Assembly (NCBI GenBank): GCA_937919925.1
Contig: CALFOT010000076.1
Location: 2,241 to 66,240 of the forward strand
Length of the DNA: 64,000 nucleotides
Source of the DNA: an uncultured bacterium
GTDB lineage: Bacteria > Planctomycetota > UBA1135
Reading direction: 5' to 3'
This document shows positions 9,801-19,771 of the stretch, one piece after another. The position numbers and the translations under genes are program-made. Position 1 is the first letter of the stretch; each line of letters begins with the position of its first letter. The notes beneath the pieces were generated by a model. That model searched no databases. It was not told the DNA's origin and was given only the letters and a program-made list of their open reading frames with translations.

Positions 9801-11462
9801 GTGGATAGCTTCTCAGAACTTGTGGCCGTTTTTGGCCGCTCTCACCCACTGCTTTTGCACTTGCCGATTGGCATGTTGGTTGGGCTTGGCATGCTGGAAT
9901 GCGTGGCCGTCATACGCCGCCAAGCCGCAGCCTCACGCCTATTGGTTTTGATTGCCGCCAGCTCTGCCATTTTGGGTGCGGTGAGCGGTTGGGTGTTGCA
10001 CTTGGAGCCTGGCTATGCGAGTAGCGAGGTTTTGGAGTGGCATCAGCGGCTGGGTATCGCCACTGCGGTTGGGGCAACAGTGTGTTTCGCGTTGCGCATG
10101 TTCGCCGCCACCAAGTTCTACCGCATGGCGTTGCTCCTTACCTTAGTGGTGATGGCACCAGCAGGTCATTTTGGTGCCGAAATGACCCACGGCAAAGGTT
10201 TTTTACTCGCGCCGCTAGAAGATGCGGAAGCCACTGAAATTCCTGAGTACATCGCCCCAATCGCCGAAGATGGGGCTTTGGCGCAGGCAAGTTTTGAACT
10301 GCATGTCGCGCCATTGCTCAAAGCGCGCTGCCATAAATGTCATGGGCCGCGTAAGTCCAAAGGTGATTTACGCCTTGATACAGTCGAGTTCCTGCTTGCC
10401 GGTGGCGAAAACGGGCCGGTGATTGCCAGCGTTGCGGAAGGTTCTAACGCGTCTCCACCTGCTCCGGAAGACAGCGAGATTTTTGCGCGCTTGCTGCTGC
10501 CTCTGGAAGATGAAGATCACATGCCGCCAGAGTCTAAGACTCAGTTAACCGCCGCGGAAATCGAATTGCTGCGTGCGTGGCTAGTGGCCGCCGCGCCGTT
10601 TGAGGGGGAATTTCCACTGGCGGACGGCGCCACTTTGCCTGCACCGCCACAGGCTGACCCGCCGCCTATAGACCGGGGCCCTGCGGCCGCCGACAGGCCA
10701 TCATCTGCTCCAGAATCAGCGCTGGCTGCACTGCGCGAACACTTGGTGCATGTGCAACTTGCGGATCCGGAGTCGGTGGCGCTGTGGATTGATTTTGCAG
10801 CCCCAGCAGCCACCATCGATGCTGCAATGGTGGAGGAGCTCTTGACTCCACTGAAGGATTTCGTCGGCGAGTTATCGTTGGCGCGCACGCACATTCATGA
10901 TGCTAACCTCGAGCTGATTGGTTCTATGCCGCGCCTCACTCGTCTTGATTTACGTGAAACCGCGGTCAGCGATGTTGGTCTGGTGTTTTTGCGCGGCCAG
11001 GAATCTTTGCACGAGTTGGTGCTGAGTCGCACGCAGCTAACGGATGATGTGTTAGCCACTTTATTGGAGTTGCCAGGGCTCACGCGCTTGTGGGTTTGGG
11101 ATGCCGGGCTCACTACGGAGGGAATTGCAACTTTGCGCCAAGCGTTGCCGCAAGTACATATTGACGCTGGCGATTCGGCCAACCGTGCAGCTTTGGAGAC
11201 CGAAGCCGAGCTTGTTTTCAGCGGAGAAGCTCCGCTCATCGACTCACCGCCAGCGGATTCCACTCCCCCGGGCGATCTTGCCATCAGCACAAGCGTGGAA
11301 TTGTTGGTTCCAATCAACAGCGCCTGCCCGGTTACCGGCAAGCCCGTCGATCCGCGTTATGCAGTGGTTTTTGAGGGCCGCGTGATTGGGTTTTGCTGTC
11401 CCAACTGTCCAAAAACGTTCTGGCAAAATCCGGCAGCATTTCTTGTTACACTTACGGAGTGA
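9801..11462 (+). CDS. DUF2231-like membrane domain + planctomycete cytochrome c + leucine-rich repeats + C-terminal YHS/TRASH-like metal-binding domain
   Basis: HPLLLHLPIG and GHFGAEMTHG in TM region; CHKCHG...HMPP; LxxLxLxxT repeats; CPVTG...FCCPNC at the end. Start GTG 9801 or TTG 9792. Confidence 0.82.
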   Translation: MDSFSELVAVFGRSHPLLLHLPIGMLVGLGMLECVAVIRRQAAASRLLVLIAASSAILGAVSGWVLHLEPGYASSEVLEWHQRLGIATAVGATVCFALRMFAATKFYRMALLLTLVVMAPAGHFGAEMTHGKGFLLAPLEDAEATEIPEYIAPIAEDGALAQASFELHVAPLLKARCHKCHGPRKSKGDLRLDTVEFLLAGGENGPVIASVAEGSNASPPAPEDSEIFARLLLPLEDEDHMPPESKTQLTAAEIELLRAWLVAAAPFEGEFPLADGATLPAPPQADPPPIDRGPAAADRPSSAPESALAALREHLVHVQLADPESVALWIDFAAPAATIDAAMVEELLTPLKDFVGELSLARTHIHDANLELIGSMPRLTRLDLRETAVSDVGLVFLRGQESLHELVLSRTQLTDDVLATLLELPGLTRLWVWDAGLTTEGIATLRQALPQVHIDAGDSANRAALETEAELVFSGEAPLIDSPPADSTPPGDLAISTSVELLVPINSACPVTGKPVDPRYAVVFEGRVIGFCCPNCPKTFWQNPAAFLVTLTE

Positions 11463-11492
11463 GATTCACTCTCATTTTCCCACTTCCAACTG

Positions 11493-11861
11493 ATGGCATT
11501 AATCCTACTCGTAGATGATCTTCCGGACACAATCCAAGCGCTGCAAAGAGTTCTTATGGCTCATGGTCATGAAGTGCTGAGCGCGGCAGATGGAGTCGAG
11601 GCACTGCAGCAATTGCAAAAGCACTCGATTGATATCATGATTTTGGATATCCACCTGCCGAATAAAGATGGAATCGAAGTCCTTCGCGAGGTACGCAGGT
11701 TAGCTTTGCCAACTAAAATTATTGCGATGTTCGGCGGCGGGATTGCTGCGGACTTTGGCATTTTGGAAATCGCAAAAAGTCTTGGCGCCATTGCCACCCT
11801 GCAAAAACCTTTCGGCATGCAGGATTTGATGCAAATTGTTAACCCTCTGGTGCAGGCCTAA
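11493..11861 (+). CDS. Single-domain response regulator (receiver)
   Basis: ILLVDD, ILDIHLPNKDG (phospho-Asp), LQKPF. Confidence 0.9.
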   Translation: MALILLVDDLPDTIQALQRVLMAHGHEVLSAADGVEALQQLQKHSIDIMILDIHLPNKDGIEVLREVRRLALPTKIIAMFGGGIAADFGILEIAKSLGAIATLQKPFGMQDLMQIVNPLVQA

Positions 11862-12291
11862 AGCTTTTTTCGTAGAGGGCAATCCAAGCTTCGGGGGTGA
11901 TTTTGGCCACCAGTGCGCCTACCAGTTCATAGGGTATGGAGCCCATTTTTTTGAAGCGAATGCAGCCTTTGCCCATATCGAGCTTGGTTTGAGCATGGAG
12001 CGGCCACTGCTTTTGAAACCACGCTAACAGTTTGGGATCCGCGTAGATGCCCATGTGATGGAGGGCAATGAAGTTTTTCTGCGAAGCCAAGGAAATAAAA
12101 GGCAATGGAAGTTTCGGATTGCAGTGGTAGCCGGCAGGGTAGAGAGTATGAGGTACCACAAAGGAAGGCATTTTGTAGTTGATGACTTCTTCAAATCCAG
12201 GCGGTAAATTCGTGTGAATGACCGCCAGTAATTTTTGCATGGCATCTTTGCGATCGTCAGGGAGGGCGTCGAGGTAATCGTTGACGTTCAT
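11839..12291 (-). CDS. DUF1801 domain protein
   Basis: MNVNDYLDALP, YPAGYHC, LPFISLASQKNFIALHH, LDMGKGCIRFKK. TATAAT lies upstream at ~12334-12339 (minus strand). Confidence 0.85.
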   Translation of the reverse strand: MNVNDYLDALPDDRKDAMQKLLAVIHTNLPPGFEEVINYKMPSFVVPHTLYPAGYHCNPKLPLPFISLASQKNFIALHHMGIYADPKLLAWFQKQWPLHAQTKLDMGKGCIRFKKMGSIPYELVGALVAKITPEAWIALYEKSFRPAPEG

Positions 12292-12391
12292 GAGCGTGGC
12301 TGCTTCGAGATGAGCGTGGAAAAACGCTGCTGAATTATACATCTAGGGTCCGCGTGCCTGGAGCCAACGCCGGAAACGTTTAGACTGAGTC

Positions 12392-13381
12392 ATGCGCTTT
12401 GCTGTCCTGTGCTTGTTGGCCGTCTTTCTGGGCTGTGCCACTCAGATTTTGCCGGAATCATGGCCGCGTCTCGGCCGCCCTGGAGCCTTGTTTGTGTGGG
12501 ATGAAAATTGGGTCCACGATCCGATCCAACAAAACTTGGGTAACACCCATGGCGGCATGGCGGTCGATCGCAGGGGGCGCATTTTTGCGAGTCGCGATAC
12601 CGCACCAGCGGTGCTCATTTTTGATCAGCGAGGTCGATTGCTAGAGTCCTGGGGCGATGATCTCGGCGGCGGTCTGCACGGCCTGTGTTTGGTGGAGGAG
12701 GATGGCCAGGAATTCCTTTATCTGGCGCACACCGCACGTCACCAAGTGTTGAAAACGACCCTCGCCGGGGAGATTCTCTGGACATTGGATTTGCCAGAAG
12801 GCTCGGGCATCTACACCGCGGCGTCGGAATATCATCCTACCTCGATTGCTGTTGCCGCCGACGGCCGCCTGTTTGTTGCCGATGGCTATGGCAAAGGTTA
12901 CATTCACCGTTTTAGTGCTAGTCGGGAGTATCTAGGGAGCTTTGGCGGTCCTGGAGAAGGGGATGGGCAGTTCCATACGCCGCATGGAGTGGCGGTACAA
13001 GAAAGTGGCAATCGCGCGCGCCTTTTGGTTGCCGATCGCGAAAACAATCGCGTGCAAACCTTTGATTTGGAGGGCAACTTCCTGTCGGTGCTGGCGGTGG
13101 ATTTTCGTCGTCCTTGTGGTGTCGCGATTGGGCACGACGGCCGCTTGGCCATCCCAGAGCTCGCTGGCCGCGTGAGCTTGCTCGATGCGCAAGATGGCCT
13201 ACTGGCACGCCTTGGAGAGAATAGTGAAAGCTCGCAATGGGCTCAGAATGGATTGTCGCGGGAATTTTGGCGTAAGGGCATTTTTATTAGTCCGCATGGT
13301 GCTGCCTTTGATCAACGCGGCAATCTTTATGTACAAGATTGGCTTGCTGCTGGTCGCTTCACCCGCTTGGTGCGCCAATAG
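12392..13381 (+). CDS. NHL-repeat beta-propeller lipoprotein (peptidyl-alpha-hydroxyglycine lyase-like)
   Basis: Lipobox FLGC; FVADGYG, QFHTPHGVA, LVADRENNRVQ, FISPHG. Confidence 0.85.
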   Translation: MRFAVLCLLAVFLGCATQILPESWPRLGRPGALFVWDENWVHDPIQQNLGNTHGGMAVDRRGRIFASRDTAPAVLIFDQRGRLLESWGDDLGGGLHGLCLVEEDGQEFLYLAHTARHQVLKTTLAGEILWTLDLPEGSGIYTAASEYHPTSIAVAADGRLFVADGYGKGYIHRFSASREYLGSFGGPGEGDGQFHTPHGVAVQESGNRARLLVADRENNRVQTFDLEGNFLSVLAVDFRRPCGVAIGHDGRLAIPELAGRVSLLDAQDGLLARLGENSESSQWAQNGLSREFWRKGIFISPHGAAFDQRGNLYVQDWLAAGRFTRLVRQ

Positions 13382-13429
13382 GCGGATGGCAGCGGCGCTG
13401 ATTTCAAAAAGGCAGTAAACTCTCGCTGC

Positions 13430-13822
13430 ATGAAGGCGCGCCCCAACACAAAATTCGTGCGACACCTACTGTTCGTCGCCGGGCTGCTGTGTTCCTTACT
13501 TGCCATCCTGGGCTTTTTGCTGCCACTTTTGCCCGGCACGCCCTTTTTGATTTTGGCGGTGGCTTGTTTTTCCCGCAGTTCCGAAAAAGCTCATCGTTGG
13601 ATTCTCGGCTTACCTGGAGTGGGACCGATTTTGGTTGCCTGGGAGCGGGATGGCTCGATTCCATTGCGGGCAAAAATTCTTGCCACGCTGATGATTGTGC
13701 TGAGCACTCTCTATCCACTCTTTTTCGAGGGGTTGCCGTTGATCCTCCGCGGCGTGGCAGGCAGCGCCTGTTTGCTATTACTGCTGTATATTTGGACGCG
13801 CACCACCAGAAGCCGCTCCTAG
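13430..13822 (+). CDS. ybaN: YbaN/DUF454 family inner membrane protein
   Basis: LPLLPGTPFLILAVACFSRSS and WERDGSIPLRAK signature. Confidence 0.88.
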   Translation: MKARPNTKFVRHLLFVAGLLCSLLAILGFLLPLLPGTPFLILAVACFSRSSEKAHRWILGLPGVGPILVAWERDGSIPLRAKILATLMIVLSTLYPLFFEGLPLILRGVAGSACLLLLLYIWTRTTRSRS

Positions 13823-13881
13823 GAATCACCTGCACTGCCACGCGCGGTGGTTGCGAGTGCGCGGCTAAGGAGATCTCCGCT

Positions 13882-15588
13882 TTATTCGTAAAATCGCCAA
13901 CTGACTGGGAAGTCTTTCGGCAGCTCAGTACCTTTGAGTGCCGCGCGTATATATTCCACTGGAATCGAGTTCTCGCGCAAAACCGCATCGTGAAAATCCC
14001 GTTCGCTCCAACCTTGGCCACCCACTAAATCGCTATGCAGCGCCTTCAGTTGCAAGCCACCGAGCATGTAGGCGGCTTGATAGAGAGGGCCATAACCACC
14101 TTGAATGGAACGGCGCACCTCGGCGGCGGCATTGCGACGCTCGTGGCCAACATTCTCCACCAAGAAATCCACACACTCTTCTGCACTCCACTTGCCAAGA
14201 TGAAAATTCAATGAAAACATGATGCGCGCGCAGCGGTGTGTACGCCAAAATAGCATGCCGATGCGATCCTCCGGAGTTTCTGGAAAATCCAAATCCCACA
14301 AGCGCATTTCCCAATAAAGAGCCCAGCCCTCTACCAAAAACGGAGTGTAGAACACGCTGCGCTGCGGATTCCAGCGCTCTGCCATATAACCTTGCAGATG
14401 ATGGCCTGGAATTAACTCATGTTGCACTGTGGCCCGCGAGTAGTGATAGTTATTGCCACGCATTGTCATCAACTTGGCTTCCTGTGACATGCCCTCGGTA
14501 GGGTAAGAAATCGAAATGACCTCGCCGCCGGTGAAGTATGGCGAAAATTTCTGCCGCTCGGGAGTCATCATTTCCATGCGCCAACTCTCCTTGGCCAACT
14601 CTGGAATCGTAATCAATTCGCGCGCTTCGAGAAAGGCGACGGCCTCCTCAGCAAGTTGTGCAATCATGTGTGGTTGCCCCCCAGGCTCCGGATGGGCTGC
14701 TTTGACGCGTTCTTGCGCGGCGCGCCAATCGCCCTCGAGTCCCATTGCATCCGCAGCCTTTGCTCGTTCCGTCATACACCAAGCGTATTCTTTTTCGGCT
14801 ATCGCAAGCAACTCTTCTGGAGTGTAAGCAATGCGTTCAAAAGCAAGTTCTGCAAGCAGGGCATCGCGCCCAATCGGGTGGCCAATCAAACGATCCGGGT
14901 CATTTGGATCAATGCCGCCGAGGTCTTTGCTGAGAAAACTTGAATAGTCTGTGAGAGCCTGATCCAGTTCCCCCCACGGTGCCGAGCACCACCAAGTGAA
15001 TTGTGGATCGTAACCGTCGCGATACTTCACCCATTTTTGCATGGCACGATGTAAGTCATCCACTTGGCGGCTTACTTGTTGGGCGACGGTTGGCGTGAGT
15101 TCGGTTGCTAGTTCTTTCAAGGAAACCCGCGCCGTTGCAACGGCTTCCACCGCCGCGGCGAGCACCACGGCGGTAGCGCGCGTATCAATCTCTTGTCGGT
15201 GCGCTTTGGCTTGCAGCAAATCCACCAGTGGAGCGGCGAAGGGAATCAGATGGGCGTGCTCTTCGGTGCGCTGTTGCTCGATTACCGCCGCGGCTAAATC
15301 GTGCTGCACCAGGTTGCGCAGTAAATGCCAATCCACTTTAGAACGTGCATCGCATGCCGCGTAGTTGACAGCATCTAAAGCAACCAGCCAATCCGTTTGC
15401 AGTTGCTGTTTGCGAGTTGCTCCTTCTGCGGAAAGAGGAAACGACCACAAGCGGTCAAGCGTTGCGCGGTCCGCTTGGTACTGGGCAATTAACTCAGTCG
15501 TGGTGGCCTGGACATGTGGTGCTTGGGCCGCCATCACGTTGGCGGTGAGAGTGACTGGCAGCAGGAGCAACAGGAAGGCAGCGCGCAT
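13882..15588 (-). CDS. DUF885 family secreted protein (putative metallopeptidase)
   Basis: Signal peptide; HELIPGHHLQ, FLVEGWALYWE, YQAAYMLG, FHDAVL. Confidence 0.88.
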   Translation of the reverse strand: MRAAFLLLLLPVTLTANVMAAQAPHVQATTTELIAQYQADRATLDRLWSFPLSAEGATRKQQLQTDWLVALDAVNYAACDARSKVDWHLLRNLVQHDLAAAVIEQQRTEEHAHLIPFAAPLVDLLQAKAHRQEIDTRATAVVLAAAVEAVATARVSLKELATELTPTVAQQVSRQVDDLHRAMQKWVKYRDGYDPQFTWWCSAPWGELDQALTDYSSFLSKDLGGIDPNDPDRLIGHPIGRDALLAELAFERIAYTPEELLAIAEKEYAWCMTERAKAADAMGLEGDWRAAQERVKAAHPEPGGQPHMIAQLAEEAVAFLEARELITIPELAKESWRMEMMTPERQKFSPYFTGGEVISISYPTEGMSQEAKLMTMRGNNYHYSRATVQHELIPGHHLQGYMAERWNPQRSVFYTPFLVEGWALYWEMRLWDLDFPETPEDRIGMLFWRTHRCARIMFSLNFHLGKWSAEECVDFLVENVGHERRNAAAEVRRSIQGGYGPLYQAAYMLGGLQLKALHSDLVGGQGWSERDFHDAVLRENSIPVEYIRAALKGTELPKDFPVSWRFYE

Positions 15589-15827
15589 GGCAGGAGCTTA
15601 GCAAGGCGTCGGCATGGCGTCGGCATGGCGCACGATGTTGGTTATCCGCAATCCGGCTTTCCTAACCAAGCTGGCTATAGTGCGTCGGACATCTCGGCTA
15701 TCCGCTATAAACCCGTTCGAAAAAACGGTTTAGAGTCTTCTGCATGGCATGCGAAAAGCCCCCCCAAACACCGGTTCAAGGGTTCTTGCAATTCAGACGA
15801 TAAGCGTCTGGAGCTCCATCAACCATT

Positions 15828-17003
15828 GTGAACAACTCAATTCAACCATCGGACATTCGTGAGGCGCTATTCTCGGGAGCACTGGAGCATTGGTTTCAGC
15901 CCAAAGTTTCCTTCCTTTCCGGGAAGATATCGGGTGGCGAGGCGCTCATCCGTTGGCGCCGCAAAGATGGTTGTGTGCTGCCTGCTGTAGCTTGGCTTCC
16001 GATTGCCAAGAAGCACGACATGATGCAAGAGATTGCCACGGTGATGTTCCCGTTGTTGGCGGACAACATCGCAGCGATTTGTCGCGAAACAACCGACATC
16101 AAAATCGCCTTCAATATGGATGCGGGTGATTTAGAGAGCACCAATATCGTCGACCAATTGTTGTCCGCAGTTCATGCAGGAAAACTCAATCCAGCACAAA
16201 TCGAAATTGAGTTGACGGAAACAGCATTGCCGCGCGACGGCCACGCCATGGAAGACAACATCATGCTTCTGACGGCCACCGGAATATCCTTAGCCATGGA
16301 TGATTTTGGCACAGGCTTTTCTTCCTTGGATACATTGCGGAAATTGCCATTCTCAACGGTCAAGATAGATCAAGGGGTGGTGATGACCATGCAGGATTCG
16401 GTCAAGAGCTCTGCCATTGTTTTATCTAGCATTCGTATGGCGTATGAAATGGGGTTGAATGTGATTGCCGAAGGCGTGGAATCAGAAGAAGTATTTGATA
16501 TTTTACAACAAGCAGGTTGTTCGGAAGCGCAAGGTTTTTGGATTTCCAGAGCGCTGCCGTTAGATCAATTCATTAGCTTCGTAAACAGTGGGAAACGATG
16601 GTTGGCCACGCCCATTGGGCAGCTTCGCCATGTAGAGATTGATCACCTGTTATGGTGCAAAAATATATTGTCCACGGTGTTTGGGAATTCGAACAGCAAC
16701 ATGGACCTCGAGTCCGTACTCGCTATTTCCAACGATCAAACATGCCGCCTCGGAAAATGGCTGGAAGGGGAGAATCACTCTTTTGCCACCATGCCTGAGT
16801 TCCTCAGCCTCACTGGGCCTCACCAAGAAGTTCATAAGGCTGGTTATGACCTAGTTTTCGCCGCGCGCGACGGCGTCAGCATGCGAGAACTCCAAGCCAT
16901 GGCGGTGCACTTTAATCGCAAATCCGAGGCTTTGATGATTGGCCTACAAAGTTTGGAAATTCAAGTATTGATGGCGAGTCTCAACGACGCAACGCTCGCT
17001 TGA
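15828..17003 (+). CDS. EAL c-di-GMP phosphodiesterase with C-terminal CZB zinc-binding domain
   Basis: FQPKV, EALIRW, ELTE, DDFGTGFSSL, KIDQ, AEGVE, AQGF; then DHLLW...CRLGKWL...HQEVH (His/Cys/His/His). Confidence 0.88.
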   Translation: MNNSIQPSDIREALFSGALEHWFQPKVSFLSGKISGGEALIRWRRKDGCVLPAVAWLPIAKKHDMMQEIATVMFPLLADNIAAICRETTDIKIAFNMDAGDLESTNIVDQLLSAVHAGKLNPAQIEIELTETALPRDGHAMEDNIMLLTATGISLAMDDFGTGFSSLDTLRKLPFSTVKIDQGVVMTMQDSVKSSAIVLSSIRMAYEMGLNVIAEGVESEEVFDILQQAGCSEAQGFWISRALPLDQFISFVNSGKRWLATPIGQLRHVEIDHLLWCKNILSTVFGNSNSNMDLESVLAISNDQTCRLGKWLEGENHSFATMPEFLSLTGPHQEVHKAGYDLVFAARDGVSMRELQAMAVHFNRKSEALMIGLQSLEIQVLMASLNDATLA

Positions 17004-17096
17004 AGGCCATTGGCTTGGTTTAACATGGAATTCCACCGGCCCTCAACCACGTCTTAGGTGGTATATTGAAGCTGGTGTTGCGCACCATTTTGTTTC

Positions 17097-19709
17097 ATGT
17101 TCCTACCTACTTCCCAATTCCTCCTTCGCCGCCTTGTTTGCGGTGCACTTCCTTTTCTGGCTTTGCTGGTTGCCTGCTCAGTGGAAACGGCGCGTGAATA
17201 CTCTCAAGCCGCGCTAACTGGCACCACGCCGCGTCCCGCCGAATCCGAGGAGAACGAAGAAAACCAACTCGCGCGTATGGAGTGGATGGAAAGTATGCAC
17301 ACGACCGCTCCCGGGTTTGATTGGCGCGCCGAAGAAGAGGCAAACCTGCTGGTAGCGAAAGCCGAGCGCGAGAACGGCTTACTGAATCCCACTGCGAGTA
17401 ACGGCCATTGGAATGAAGTCGGTAGCACCAACTTGGCAGGTAGTGTTTTTGTCACGGTGCCTTCTACCGACGGCACGGAACTCTACATTGGCACTGCGCT
17501 TGGCGGTGTTTTTCGTGGCCCCGCCGATGGCAGTGATTGGCAGGCAATCGGCGATGGTGTGTACGGCGGTGCCAATGTGTTGCTGACCGTTCCTCCCGTG
17601 GGTGGCGGCCAGGATATCGTGCTGCGTGGCACGACCAACGCTTTGTGGCGCAGCGCTGACGGCGGCCTTACTTGGCAAATGCCTAGTGGTATGGTTGGCT
17701 TCACCACTTTCAAGCGCTTGTTGAAATTGGATGATGCGCAACAAACCATTTTGGCATTGGTGTGGAAATCCAACGCCTGGCAAGTGTTCCGCTCGACGGA
17801 CCGCGGTTTGTCATTTAGCAACGTGCAGATTCTCAACGGTCAGGCTGACATCTGGACTCCGCGCACTGGCCTCGGCGACGTATTCCTGTTTGAGAACAAT
17901 CGCATTTTGCGCAGCAGTGATAAAGCCACCACTTTTGCTTCCTTCGGTAATACTCTGGGTGTTACGCCAGCGGATGTTCGCTTTGGTGGTCATGAATCTT
18001 CCGGCAACACCACTTTTAGCGTTGCCGCGAATGTTGCCGGCACTTGGCAGCTCTATCGCACGGTGAACTCAGGCAGCAGTTGGACCAATCCGCGCGATCT
18101 GCCCGATATGTGGGGAGCATTTTGCACTTCCGCCACGGACTCTGATTTGTTGGTTTATGGCGGCGTGCATTTAATGATCACACATGATGGCGGCAACACT
18201 CTCTTTCAAGCGATGAACCCGTGGTGGGAGCATCCCGCCAATCGTCAGCATCGTTTGCATGCGGACATCATGGGGGTGGATCTCATCGCCGATCCTACGC
18301 TTGCGGTCGGAGAGCGGTGGTTCATCAACTGCCACGGCGGCACCTATGAGAGTACGGATCAGTTTGCTACGGTGGATTGGCTAACTGGCGATGGTTTGGG
18401 AGTCAGTCAGTACTACAGCACCCACACCAGTCGTCGGGATCCCAAATATTTGCACGCTGGTTCGCAAGATCAGGGTTATCAATCTACGGCTCTTGGACCA
18501 CCAGCTAGTAGCGGTTCTTGGGCATCGTTCTTGGAAGACATCACTGGCGATTACGGGCATCTTTCTTCCAGTGATGGCAGCCACGATTTGGTGTACTCGG
18601 ATTACCCAGGATTTGTCTTAGTGGTATCGCATGAGCCCGTTCATTCGGTTTGGCAAGTGGGCTTTCCCAGCGGATTTGCAGGCCAGTGGTTGCCGTTTAT
18701 GGTTTCCGATCCACAGAACAAAGGCGAATTCTATCTCTGTGGAACGCGCATTTGGCATTATCAGCGGATTGGTGGTTCGGGTTCTTGGAGCCACACCCAA
18801 CTGGGCACGCAGACTTTTTCGAATCCGGTCACAGCACTGGCATTCTCTCCTATTGACCCCAATTACGCATGGTGTACCACCAGCACCGGCAAGATTTTTT
18901 ACAGCACCGATCGTGGCATCACCTGGACCCAATCTGCGAATAATGGCCCCGGCGCACATTATTTTTATGGCACGACCATTGTGGCTTCTTCGAAGTACCT
19001 CTCCGAAGTGTGGGTGGCTGGTTCCGGCTATTCCAATGCACCAGTGGTTTACTCCGTCAATGGTGGCTTGACTTTCAACGACCGGCGCAACGGCCTACCG
19101 AATACGTTGATTTACGGCATGTGTGAAGCCAACGACGGCACCGGCACCATGTATGCAGCCGGTCAAAGTGGCGCCTATGAATACGATGCGCCAACGCAAA
19201 CTTGGTCGAACTTACTCGGCTCGGAAGCTCCCCTCACCACCTACTGGTCGGTTGAAGCGGTGCCCTCTCAAAACATCATTCGCTTCGGTACTTATGGTCG
19301 TGGCATTTGGGATTACTACCCACAGACAGCGGGCTTCTTCCCATATGGAGAACTTCGCGCAGACCCCATGTTTTTGCAGCTTGAACCCAGTGATCGGCCG
19401 TTAATGGGCAACACCATCACCTTCAGCACTTCCGGTTTGGAATCTTATGCCCACGGCTTCCTCTCCGTGTGTTCCGCTGCGGACGATAGCCCAATGTTTG
19501 GCGGCAGCGTTTTGGTTGATCTCGCGCAGGAAGTCGCGCGCGTGCCTTTCACCGCTAACATTTGGGGTAATTCCAGTTTTAGCCTGACTGTTCCGAACAA
19601 CCCAGCCATCCTCGGCAGAGAGTTTTTCTTACAAATTGCCGCGCGTGACACCCGCGAGCCACTCGGGTGGTCCATGAGTCACGGCTTACGCGCCGTCATT
19701 GGTCAGTAG
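17097..19709 (+). CDS. Exported BNR/Asp-box beta-propeller protein (VPS10/glycosidase-like) with conserved C-terminal domain
   Basis: Possible lipobox LLVAC; Asp-boxes SADGGLTW, STDRGLSF, STDRGITW, SVNGGLTF; HAD, GSQDQG, GTYGRGIW. Confidence 0.8.
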   Translation: MFLPTSQFLLRRLVCGALPFLALLVACSVETAREYSQAALTGTTPRPAESEENEENQLARMEWMESMHTTAPGFDWRAEEEANLLVAKAERENGLLNPTASNGHWNEVGSTNLAGSVFVTVPSTDGTELYIGTALGGVFRGPADGSDWQAIGDGVYGGANVLLTVPPVGGGQDIVLRGTTNALWRSADGGLTWQMPSGMVGFTTFKRLLKLDDAQQTILALVWKSNAWQVFRSTDRGLSFSNVQILNGQADIWTPRTGLGDVFLFENNRILRSSDKATTFASFGNTLGVTPADVRFGGHESSGNTTFSVAANVAGTWQLYRTVNSGSSWTNPRDLPDMWGAFCTSATDSDLLVYGGVHLMITHDGGNTLFQAMNPWWEHPANRQHRLHADIMGVDLIADPTLAVGERWFINCHGGTYESTDQFATVDWLTGDGLGVSQYYSTHTSRRDPKYLHAGSQDQGYQSTALGPPASSGSWASFLEDITGDYGHLSSSDGSHDLVYSDYPGFVLVVSHEPVHSVWQVGFPSGFAGQWLPFMVSDPQNKGEFYLCGTRIWHYQRIGGSGSWSHTQLGTQTFSNPVTALAFSPIDPNYAWCTTSTGKIFYSTDRGITWTQSANNGPGAHYFYGTTIVASSKYLSEVWVAGSGYSNAPVVYSVNGGLTFNDRRNGLPNTLIYGMCEANDGTGTMYAAGQSGAYEYDAPTQTWSNLLGSEAPLTTYWSVEAVPSQNIIRFGTYGRGIWDYYPQTAGFFPYGELRADPMFLQLEPSDRPLMGNTITFSTSGLESYAHGFLSVCSAADDSPMFGGSVLVDLAQEVARVPFTANIWGNSSFSLTVPNNPAILGREFFLQIAARDTREPLGWSMSHGLRAVIGQ

Positions 19710-19771
19710 GGCTAGAATCGGCCCCAGCATGCTGCCGCTTGACGAAAGCGGTCTATACTTTCGGGCATCTC

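Noticed and set aside
9016-9849. 277-aa antisense ORF
   Set aside because: Shadow of the well-supported DUF1501 gene; no recognisable motifs.
15605-15630. GGCGTCGGCAT tandem duplication (about 2.4 copies)
   Set aside because: Short GC-rich local duplication with no spacers; no evidence of function.
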